Source of the DNA: Laetmonice hystrix
Taxonomy: Eukaryota
DNA length: 64,000 bases
NCBI GenBank assembly: GCA_965235115.1
Contig: OZ249439.1
Coordinates: forward strand, 13,764,001-13,828,000
Reading direction: 5' to 3'
The position numbers and the translations under genes were made by a program. A model generated the notes under the pieces. The model saw only the letters and a program-made list of their open reading frames with translations, did not search any database and was not told where the DNA came from. Of the stretch, positions 22,524-34,300 are shown in pieces (the first letter of the stretch is position 1; each line of letters begins with the position of its first letter).

Positions 22524-24735
22524 ATATATTTATTTCATGTCGTGTGCCAGCCGAGTTTAACTTTATATTCACTAGGTGGCCAATGTTGGTTACCACATTT
22601 CACACCAGAGGGCAAAGATGACCACGTGCAGAAATGGGAAGAATGCCATGCAGTGGTTCACGGAGTTTTACCACGCCTTTTTACGAACATCATCACACAG
22701 CAAATAAAATAATGATTATCCCATGAAAAATTTATTATCTCTCAAATCAGCCTCATTAACATCCCCAAACACATCTTGTATTGTTCCTAGTACCCCCACC
22801 GGGTGAGGATGATTTTATGGTCACTGGAGCTGTCGTCGTTGAATGTGAACCGGCGTCTACTGGCTGCCTCCAAGTAAACCGTTAACACCACTGAATGCTG
22901 AACGTCGCGCTCCGTGACGTGACGTGACGTGACGCGACACGATGACGTGAAACTGTCCTCGTATGATATGTGGCTGTCAGTACTGGATTCCCCAAACGTC
23001 TTGTTCAATCAACGACAAAATACTTAACTCGACAAATACTAAATTGTTCTTTTTTCTTCACGCCAACATGTGTAAAACGGTGTAGTAGGTCTATATAATA
23101 ATATATCGTCTGAAACTTTGTTGTGAGTTTCTTCGTAATGTCAGACCCAATTTTGTATTGCACCTTATTGCATGTTTGAGATCAACATACTAGGGATTAT
23201 GCATGACGTCCCCATCTTACTCTAATATAGAAAACATGTAAAATACTGTTCAGGTCCGCGTGTATAGCCCCTTTCACCATCCTCCCATACACTCCCTAAT
23301 GACGGTTACTATAAATAACGACCGATTTTCACTGACAAACTCTCCCATTCCCATGACTTTTCTGGGCATGATGAAATACAGGCAAATTTAAAATGGTCGT
23401 TATTATTAGGAAGTAAAATCATAACGTTTGAGAGATACTCAATCTTGAGAGGGTGTTCCCAATACTGAGGTAACGACAGGAAAATGCACAATTACTCTCC
23501 ATTAGTCTAAGAGAAAGATTCACCCCGGGTTATCCCCAATCTTCTGCACCGGCGGATTATGAAACCATATATAGCATGACAGAACTGTACAGAAAGCCGT
23601 TCAAGGTACCCTGTCTCCACAGAGCTAAACGGCTAAATGGTCAATGCCGTGTTCAAATGATGACCCACAAAGATTTTAAATGAGGATTACAGAGGCAGGT
23701 CTCTTCCAATCATTTAAGGATTAAAGCCACACCAGACTGCCCTCTGGTGTCTAAGTCCTGAACTAACCCAAACTCTCGCCTCACGCCGTTCACTTACAGA
23801 TTAGTTTTGGCTAACCCCCAGCCAATTTACCTGCGTGTGCTAGGCCAACATCCCTGATAGTTATTCGTAAATCTGCCTATATTTACTACCTACAACACGA
23901 ACATTTACAGTGCAAACTTCTTTGCTCTACCTTTACTGCATTCGAGTGTACATAAAACAATCTTGACAGGTAATGGATCAGGGATGGTCAGGAAAACTCT
24001 CCATTTATCACAACAGATTAACCGATTGGAGTCACATCTTCATGACAATGCTTTATGGTTAGTTGTTACAATGTTTTTAACTCTCTGGATAGTACTGAAC
24101 TGACGATCGAGGAGGTTTGCACCCACACATAATACCTTTCTTTACAAACATACTACCATACAGACACACATACGTATACATTCACACATGTAACTGGCTG
24201 AATAAATATTGTACTGGTTTGAGTATGAGCATCGATGTTTGAATTTAACATTTTGGTCCTTTGAGGTCTGCTACGTCAATAAAGAGTAAGTTAAATTGAC
24301 ACCACTGATAATTTCAAAACATTTGGCTAAATTTCAATACAGTATTCACCAAAATAAATGAATTGACCATGATCAGAATACTAATACTTATACAGGCACT
24401 TCATTCCATCACCATCATCAAGTATTAAGTGTTTTTGTATTTACAGAGTATAGGTTCTTCCAACCACAAAACACCAACTGTAGCCCTATATCAATTTATC
24501 AATCAAACTACATGTACTTTAAGTATTGATCTACTATGTAAACCATGGTACTGTCATGGAAGAACTACCTCTTTGCTTGTTTTGTTATTTGTGTGTCACT
24601 GATAGGCCTCTCTCACCTCACGGTCAGAAGACTCATTGCAAAGATCACGATGATCAATATAAGCAGCACGAATCTGGGACTCTTTCAACCTTATCTCTAG
24701 ACTGGGCCATAGGAAAATGTGTGAGAGAGATACTC

Positions 24736-25365
24736 TCATACTTGAGTGACCTTGCTTTGTCCTTGATTTGTTGGGGTGGATATTTTTCCAGCTGAAACAG
24801 GCGGGGAGTGGGCTGGTGCTGCCCCCGTGCTGGGATCATCTGAACTACGTGAATTCCTGTACCTGCGCACAGTGACTGTAACGAGGACAACCGTCACCAG
24901 GACAATGATGGCCACTGAGAGTCCAGCTACTAGAGGCTCCTTGGCAATCCCATCCAATGGGGAACCTCCTTTCAAATGATTACTCTGTGCGTCCAGGCTG
25001 TGGTCTAGGGCGATGACCACCATGTTGGTGCCTGTCCCAACACTTGGTTTCGAGTTTACATCGGCTGTGGCTCTTACTTTCCGAGCGTGACCTACTTTTT
25101 CAGCTGGTATTATTACGTTATCTCCGTCAAGGGATCCCAAAGACACGTGTCGAACCGTTTTTCGCGCGTGATCTCTGCTGACGTTGACGTCACGCGCCTG
25201 CGCAGAGTGCAGCTGGTGACGGCTGTGCCCGAGCGTGTGCCCGCTGTACCGGTAGGGGTCGCTGATGACCTGGCCGACGGCCCGCTTTCTCCGACGGCCC
25301 GACAGTCGGCTTCCGGTCTGTACCGTATAGATGGCGTGAACGAACCACGGGTGGCCCGGCGATAC
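24736..25365 (-). CDS. FREM2: FREM2-like exon 22 (terminal): basic cleavage-like site, TM helix, PDZ-binding tail
   Basis: ctgcag|VSPGHPWFVHAIYTV...RRRKR...GTGTNM...LVAGLSVAIIVLVTVVLVTVTV-RRYR...KVTQV*. Confidence 0.9.
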   Translation of the reverse strand, partial: VSPGHPWFVHAIYTVQTGSRLSGRRRKRAVGQVISDPYRYSGHTLGHSRHQLHSAQARDVNVSRDHARKTVRHVSLGSLDGDNVIIPAEKVGHARKVRATADVNSKPSVGTGTNMVVIALDHSLDAQSNHLKGGSPLDGIAKEPLVAGLSVAIIVLVTVVLVTVTVRRYRNSRSSDDPSTGAAPAHSPPVSAGKISTPTNQGQSKVTQV

Positions 25366-28300
25366 CTGCAGCCACAAACACAGCGTGTGTCAAACAGGTT
25401 CGGATGCAGGACTGATCACTGGCCGTGAAATTCTAAGCAAGTTAGAAAAGATTTAAACGCATTTGGTGCTCAAAATAGTTAAGATATAAAGATTTTAGTG
25501 CCGGAGCCAGCTCAGCGGATGGATACCGCCATAGCGTCTGCTCTTTTTGCGTCACGGGTCTAAACATGGTCTAAACCAATCACAGCACGACTGCTCTCCA
25601 GTTTGGGAGGAACTAAAAACTGACACACATTAGCCTATGCGTTGATTGATTCGAAAGGTAGCAAACGTTGTTAGAACATAGATGGAAACCATCGAGAGTG
25701 ATGAGGAGTCGCTAGGAATTAAGCCTACCGACATCAGGGTGTAGGGTATACACCAATGTATTAGGGTGGACACGGATTTGGGCAGCCGTGGGATTCGGCC
25801 GCCTGCTGCCTGCATAACTACGCTCGGAGGTGTGATGTTGACGGAGCTCAGCCCCGCTGGGCCCCCACTCTGACCCGGAGGGACCCGGACCATCGGCACT
25901 ACTCGTCCAGCCTCTCGTGGGACTGACCCCCATCGCCCTGGTGGCCTCTAGCCTAGCCCCGACAACCCCGGCCTCAATTGATCAATTCAGGATCGGTCCG
26001 CTTGCTTACTGGCAGACAGAAGCATATATATGCGCATGCTCAAATAGATGACACAATGACGTCAATTACCTCCTGCCAGCGCCACAATGGCTGCACCGCT
26101 GAAGCCAGTGATTTTGACATGGTTGTTATGTTTGACAATTATGACTTCCTGGAATGGGGGGACATTTATTTCCAACCACTACTCTGAAAGGTGAGTAATT
26201 ATAGGCCTTGCAGCTGTCCAAACGCGACCTTGGGCAATACTTCTCCTTTAAACAAAAAGAAACTCCTTCAAAGGGGGTGATCTTTTACTTTTTAAAACCA
26301 TATTCGGGATCTTTTCAGACCGACTTCGTACAGTCATAGCCCTCGGCCATCCTATCCCCGACACTGCCCATCTTAGGCCTACCTTACCTTATATAATATC
26401 ACCACCCTAACCCTGACAGTGCAAAACTGTCCACCTCCCCCATCAGGTATATACTCTATTATCTGTACCCAAAGTTAGATCTACTACACGCAGTCCTATA
26501 TCTCTTACCTTGAAGAGAGGAGCCGCTGAGAGGCTGAAACCATCGGCGCTGGGTCGCGTGGTGAGGTCTGCCGCCCCAGGGTCATCCTCGGCAAACTGGG
26601 CCATGAAGTCAGCGTCCTGAAACCGGGTGAGCACCGACAAGGGAGCACCTCGGTCCTGGGTCACAAAGAATATGGTCAAGGTACAATGTAATAAGTCTAA
26701 TTATATCGGCAGTTAATGAAGGTCTTTCTATTGGAAGGGTTCAACTCATTACCACGGGGAAAGGTTCTAATGTGAAAACATTGTGGGTTGTTATTATAGT
26801 ATCGATGGATCAGACACCAAGTAAGTATGACTGATAGGGATATCTACGGATATTTAGAGGTTCCAATTACATGCTAAGCGGGTCTTGTTTCCTCTAATGA
26901 TATATAAGCATCTTGTGTATATCCTTGTTAAGTCTCTTCTCAATGCACTACAAAATGATCTCAAGATCAATAGTATTGAAATACTATATACGTTTACATA
27001 ACCATGTAACAAATGTGACACAAGCTATAATCTCAACTTTTTTCTACTCCGGGATTTGCTTTCATTGGAAGCCGGTGGATAGATTGAACAGGACTTCATG
27101 GAAAGCTGTGGTGACATTGTGTGGAAACCACCACTGTTGTGATCCCTTACCAGTATTTTGATGCTGTGCAGGAGTTGTGGGGCTGGGCCGAGACAGCCGT
27201 ACTGACCGTCACTGGGTTCGTACCGGGGAATGTGCCCCTCCTGCCCGGTACAGAGGAAGACCTTCTCAATGTTCACAGAGAAATGGTCGCCAAGGTCGTG
27301 AGACTCATCTAATGTCACGAGGCTGTAGATGACGTCATCTGTCAATCAGTTACATGCGAAAAGGAAAGTGGTCATTGTAAAATAGGGGATACGGCGACCA
27401 AAGTGAACCAAATTTGGACAATGACATCTTCAATCTAGGCAAAATATAGATGCTTCAGGTATAGAGTTCGGTTCTCCTGTGAGGATTACTCAGGCAAATA
27501 GCCCTTCCTCCTCCTCGCGGGAAGTGGTAAACTTCAGGCCTATGGTACCCTCTTTATTAAGGTAATCGTAACTTCCGATATGCCACCAGATGATGGCAAT
27601 AGGTTTCTACTGATGTACAAAGGTATATTACCTGCTGTAAACACCACGTCCTCGTCCTGTGGCTCGGTGGTGGCGCCCCCTGTCAGCCAGACGGATCGTT
27701 TCTTCAGCACGTGGAGGTTGGCGTTGAGTGTAAAGTTAGCACCGATAGACCTGTCGACCTGCTGTAACTGGAGAGGTACCGTAAACAGGACAGGGTCTCC
27801 TGGCCGACAGCGGAGTGGTAGTGAGTAGTGCTCGTCTGCACGCGCCAGGCACGGCACCATACTCATCTCGTAGTCACACGTGTAATCGGCCACCTGGAGC
27901 AGAACGGAATTGGTAAACTCGTCATGGGGGTGGGGGGGGGGGGTGCCCCCGTTAAGAAAAAGGCGTGTTCAGTAGGGGGCAGGTGGATTTGATAGAGAAG
28001 GCGCCAGCAATAGAGACATGACAACCAGCTTTTAACTCTCACCGATATAGTAGCACTTTGTTCCTCCAACAATTTTGTCTTCTTGGCTTCTTTTCCAAAT
28101 TTATTTATTGTTTTCTTACTGTTCGGATATGACCTACATTATTTTCGGTTCCCATGGCGACTAATTAGTTGAGATAGAGTTTACATGGCAGTTTGAATGA
28201 TGGATTCCATCAATGAGGTCACCAGTAGAAAGATCGAACCCTAGCTGACTGTCTTCTATCACTTTCTCAACACGAGGCGGAGCCGAGCCTGTTATCATAT

Positions 28301-31300
28301 TAACTGGCGTGTTATCCGTACGATATTACTACCCGTAGCGAGTCCACCAGCGCTCGACTCACTCTTATTGACATATGTCACGTTGATCGGTTTTCTAAGC
28401 TAATCCCGTCGTATAATGACTACGGATAGAACCTCATTATTACTGTACCCTGTTTCCTGAACCAACCATGATATAATCTCCCATGAGTGCCAGCTTGGAT
28501 AATGAATCTCAATAATCAATCCCAACCAAAAGTATAAAGTCTCTATGTCACGCAGTATCCATCAAGTACGTAATGAACTGACAATCTGAAAGTGAAGGTC
28601 CGTTTGGGAAACAACGGGCTGTTTGAAATAGATACATTACAGATACCCGTTTTTCTTTATATAAAATCAGTATTATAATGTAACATAATGCACATGTAGA
28701 CTACAAATAATCTCAGGATCTGGTCCAGGTTACTGGAGAAAGGGAAGTCCAATGGAAAAAACTGAAAAAACGGGGTTCACCTAAATATGGGTGACCGGTG
28801 TCAAACAAGGAGGATTTATTTTTAAAACCACCAAGGTAGACTTGAAAAGGATGCCCGGGTGCCCCTGAATGCAGTGACGTCATTTGGAGGGAAACAGCAT
28901 GGTAATGTTTATATTTACGTCCATGGGCATTGGCGGAGACTGGTCACACTTCATTGGATTCTATTGTCCACGGCCTATTTATAAATTGTTGTCCCTCCAA
29001 CTGACATCACCTGCATAACCTCTATACCCGCCCCTAACGATGTGCTGAGGATATACTGACAGCCACATCTGACGTGAAGGTCCACGTCTGTTTGGGCTGG
29101 CTGAAGGTGGGATCAGACCTCTGGAGGCGGAGAGTAAAGGTTTTCTCTGGCCAGTGTGGACAGGAGACAGTCGACGTGAGGCTGGTACCAGGGTAAGAAG
29201 GAACGAACTGACCGTAGAACAGGGTCTCAGTACGGACCCGGACAATCAGTTGACCTAACCCATTGATGGCCACCTTCATTGGGAACAACCGCCCTGCACG
29301 ACCAAAGAACAAAACATCGGCATTAGGACTTAGAGCTTCCTCAAAATATAGACATCGAAATATGATTTTATGCTAAACTCAAGACCAGTAAAACATGTGG
29401 TACAGAATATATCTTTAGTGCTTACTGCTCTCTCTCTATATATAGATATTTTAATTGAAATAAGCATTACACACACTTTAGTCCTATAATAGAACTTCAA
29501 CATTGTACATGTTCATTTCCTTGAGGGCTGTGCTTTTTAGGATGTGATCATTTTTAATGCCAGTAAATGACAAAAGAAGGACCCGCCATGGACAGGGTCT
29601 GACAGGATCTCCGCCATGTACAGGGTCTGACAGGATCTCCGCCATGGACAGGGTCTGACAGGATCTCCGCCATGGACAGGGTCTGACAGGATCTCCGCCA
29701 TGGACAGGGTCTGACAGGATCTCCGCCATGGACAGAGTCTGACAGGATCTCCGCCATGGACAGGGTCTGACAGGATCTCCGCCATGGACAGGGTCTGACA
29801 GGATCTCCGCCATGGACAGGGTCTGACAGGATCTCCGCCGGGATACCTTTAATTACCTTGAGGATGACCTGGTCCAGACGGCGCTAAACCCTGCTTCCAC
29901 AAGATGGCGCTGTTATATACAAAGGTCAAGTGGAGGTCAGTTTGAAAGTCAAACTGTGTCCAGTGACCAAGGAGTTGTGGCGCGTAGTATATGTAGGAGA
30001 CGTAGAGTGGGACGTGCACTGTGGTGAATGACTCCATCAGGTTCAGGACCTGCAGGTAATATAGAATACCGTGGAGAAATGACAATACTCAGCAAGGAAA
30101 CTATCGACAGATAAAAAAATAATCGTATAACTCGTTCTTTAGTTTTCCAAAAAGGTACAGTTAAAAACGGGGAAATTAGTGATGATCCCTGAGTGCCCCC
30201 AAACACCACCTGCTATGAGCTAAGAGTCTGTGCTGACCTGGCCGACGGCCGAGCCGGTGGCACCGCAGACAGCCAGCAGCTCGGAGACGGTGAAGTAACC
30301 TGTTATCCTCCACGTACACGACTCAAGGTCCAGAGATCTGATGGAGGACGGACATAAACAATCAGTTTCATGTGGACTAATTCGGCGCATGAAGGCCTCC
30401 TTACAAACCGAACCGATTATTGGTGCAGACATTACAAGCTGTTAAAGATAACAATGTTTTATCAGCCTGCTAATTTGTACAAGACCCAATGTGGAATCTG
30501 TCAGACTGTACAAGATAATGTAGGCTAGATTCCTCTAGCTTTGAGGTGCTCCGCTGACCTATAAAAGTCCACCGTATCGTTTCCACGGAGTCCCACACTG
30601 GCCTCGTACGGTTCCAGGAACCCGTACGGCCGCTGCCCTGCCCCCTGGTGGCCGTCTACGAAACCGTGACCGGTGGCGCCCTCTCCAGGGTTGAGTAGGT
30701 TCGAACAGCCGTGCTGAGCGAGGCGGAAGGCGTTCTGACTGAGGGCCAAGTCGAGGTTTGTGATTGGTCGAGTGGATACGGCTGGTACGAGACCGTCCTG
30801 ATGTGGGATCACGACTGTGATTAAAATCGTGTTGGTATGCTCCTCGTCACCGGAATCTGTCGGTACGATAACACAGGCTGTGCTACAGGTTCGGCCATTC
30901 CATAAAGTCTTTAATTATAGGCCTAGCCTATCAAAATGGGCAATGAAATCTATAATAAAGCTTAATAATCCTATACTTAGAGCCAATTATAGTAGGTTAG
31001 AAAACTATCTTGCAACTAACTACGGTCACTGGATATAGATTCAAGTATACACTCGGGTAGAATACGAACCTTCATATTTGATGCTGGCTGCGAACGGTTC
31101 GGCGCCAATGGATCCTTGTATACGTGGCGGACATGTGGAATCCTTGTTACTAATGGTAACCACGTTACCGGGGATTTCCCGTCCAACGCGACCCTCTGTA
31201 TCGACTGCTCGAGCCACACACTGTACGCGACTACCTGCAACAACAATCAACTCTCTTATTGTGTAGCAACAAATCGAAATATAGTGACAAATTATTATTA

Positions 31301-34300
31301 GTTGACCAAACTTTAGGGTTAAAACTTAAAGAGTCTTTTTGCAGTTTCCGAGCGAATTCAAGAGAGGTATAGGGGAATCTATTTCTTTACCAGGACCAAA
31401 GAAGACGCTGTCTAGGGTTGCCATGCGAACCGACGCAAAGAAGACGCTGGTCTCGAGATCGAGCAGGCCGGGCCTGATGCCATCCCTTCCAGCAGGTGGA
31501 GCCAGTCTCCACCTGAACTCGGACATGGAATTGTTGACGCCTTCCTGCTCACACACTCCACGAGTCAGGCTGGCGAAGTCGGGGTGCCGGGGGTCGCAGG
31601 CCTAACAATTATCACATTAATACCGAGTATAGAGGGCGGGGTTTTGAAGAATTCACTTTCTGTTGAAATCAACGATTATTTCAAAAGGGGACAAAAAGAA
31701 AAACCAATTTTGTCTGAGTAATAAAAGAGCGACATGCCATTTATTTCTATCCCCCCCCCCCCTCCAAACCACCCAGACCCCTACTTTGACATCGTCTACG
31801 TTTTAGGCTGGTTCTCTCCTAATCAACCGGTACTGTTGATATTATCGCCCTGTCTGTTGATATTATCGCCCTGTCTGGAGCTTATAAAGCAGTATATTTA
31901 CCGTGACACAAACAAGCGGGTACCCGGATGGAGGCTTGCCCGTCGCTGCGTTCACGTTGTCATAGTACCGCAGGGATACGACGATAGGTGGCGCTGGGAA
32001 GGTGACGTCAGCCCAGCGGTCCAACTCCTCGATGTAAACAACAGCCCGTTTTTTCTGCGCGACATCAGCAACCATCATCCTAACGTTAATTAACTGCGAA
32101 GAATTCTTTTGACGACGAAGATGAAGGTGCTCTGCCTGAGTACCTCAGCAAGACGTCCAATCATACAAGCATTGACTCTATCTTTACTTCCCTCAATTGC
32201 TCTCTGCTAATATTTGGTAGGGCCTATGTCAGATGAAACCTATTTGTCTCCGAAAGACGGACTTGGAGCAATCCGTGATTCCATCGTAATTTACAATATA
32301 GCAGGCGAGGACACGGTCATAAATCTTTCACGGGCTCTGACATCTAGTAATCTCCATCATACTGATGCCTCATTTATAACGAATTGCTCCTCCTCCTTCA
32401 CAATGGCAGATAATGAGTAGGCAAGAGGAGTATGGCTCGGCCTAAGATGATGACAAGAAAATATTCCCTGCCAATGTGGCTGGCCAATATCCCCTCCTCC
32501 ACCCGTCAACAAATCATACCAAACTTGATTCTGATTGTGCTGTTTGGCAATAATGTTGATCCAAGTCTTTCATACCCCAACAACTAGTATCGAGTTCTTG
32601 TTTCTGATTGATATAGAGGCCTACGTCAGTAAAATTACTCGATCGTTGGTTTCTATTATTATAATATTTAATAATTTTGATTATCTAATAATTACAGGTA
32701 CTGTAGAATACCGAATGAAAGATGCCGGGATAATCTTTATCAAGATTTTAAAAAAACCATAGATTCTATCTCTAGAGTAACAACATCATTAGGCCAGTAA
32801 TGAAGGACGATTCCCCCAAATTATTGGCTGATAATTTACAGGACATCATTAAGGGTATACAGGTAATAGGAGACCGCATACAGCGCGTCTTTGCTCGTCG
32901 AAAAGAGCAAGATAATGGTAATGAAATCTGGCCTTCTAAAATAATGTATTATATCCGTGTATCATGGAGCTAACAGGCAGGTCTACAACCATAGAGATGA
33001 AAGACAATGTAAAGTGACACCAGATCAAAAAATGGTCGGTAAATCACAACATGAAATTACAACATGATACTCTAGGAGGCAGTCAGTTTTTCTATGAGTC
33101 TATCTTATTGGGAATGAGGTTTTACTGCCGGTGAATGTGATCAACGTATAAGTTCACGAATAATCCAAAACCAATGTTTGGGCACGCATGTCACACCGAA
33201 TGGGCCGTGTAGGAAAAAGGTGCAATGGTTTTTATAAATCTTTCTTTAATTAAAACAGAAAACATTAAAAAAGATCGTGACTGAGAGGTCAAGTATCGGG
33301 CGTCTGGTGATATAGAGGACAGTGTCATTGCTGTGGGAATTTTGTGTAACCATAGCAACAGAAAGTTTGTGTACCCGTATGGTGGAGACCCTGTACCGGT
33401 CGTGGGTGAGCAGCAAACTGAAGGCCTCCCTCAACTCCTTCACGTTATCATGTAGGACTTCCACCTCCACTATCTGAGTCCTCACGTCCGGCCCAAATAC
33501 CAGCTCTGAAAATAACACCCACACCTGGAGATGGAGGCACTAAGANNNNNNNNNNNNNNNNNNNNNNNNNNNNNNNNNNNNNNNNNNNNNNNNNNNNNNN
33601 NNNNNNNNNNNNNNNNNNNNNNNNNNNNNNNNNNNNNNNNNNNNNNNNNNNNNNNNNNNNNNNNNNNNNNNNNNNNNNNNNNNNNNNNNNNNNNNNNNNN
33701 NNNNNNNNNNGCTTCATTTCTATAACGCACCCACTCAGTGCATGGATGCTCAAATTAGTGGTAAACATGTCTAATTCAATCAGCAACCAGAAATTTAGAT
33801 CGTTGTGAATTGCATTACGCCTGCGAGTAAGCAAACCGACAATCTTAGACTTGAGGGCAATGGACTGAGGGTGAGAGAGAAATCCCTCTCAGCCGGTGTG
33901 GTATAAAATCTATGTGTGGCTTAGGCATATTTAGGAAATCATTAGGCAGGCCACCAGGGCCAGTAATCTAACTGGTGGATGTCTTATCCTGAAGGGTAGC
34001 AGTGGTGTAAAACCGTATATTAAACCCAGAAGGGGATATTGGCTGTTGAATGTACCTACCTTTGGAGAAGCCGACGTAATCCTCGCCGGCGGTGGCGGTA
34101 CCGTCCCGGGTATGGACCCGGACGGCTGATAGTCGCCGGGTGTCCCCTAGCCGGAGTACGGGGACACTCACCCGGGTCACGTCTTCAGACCTCCGCGGCT
34201 CGCTCACAGTCAACCGGGTCTCACCAAATGTTATCACTGACTCTACACCACAGAAACAAACACGCTCGCTCAGTCAACCGGGTCTCACCAAATGTTATCC

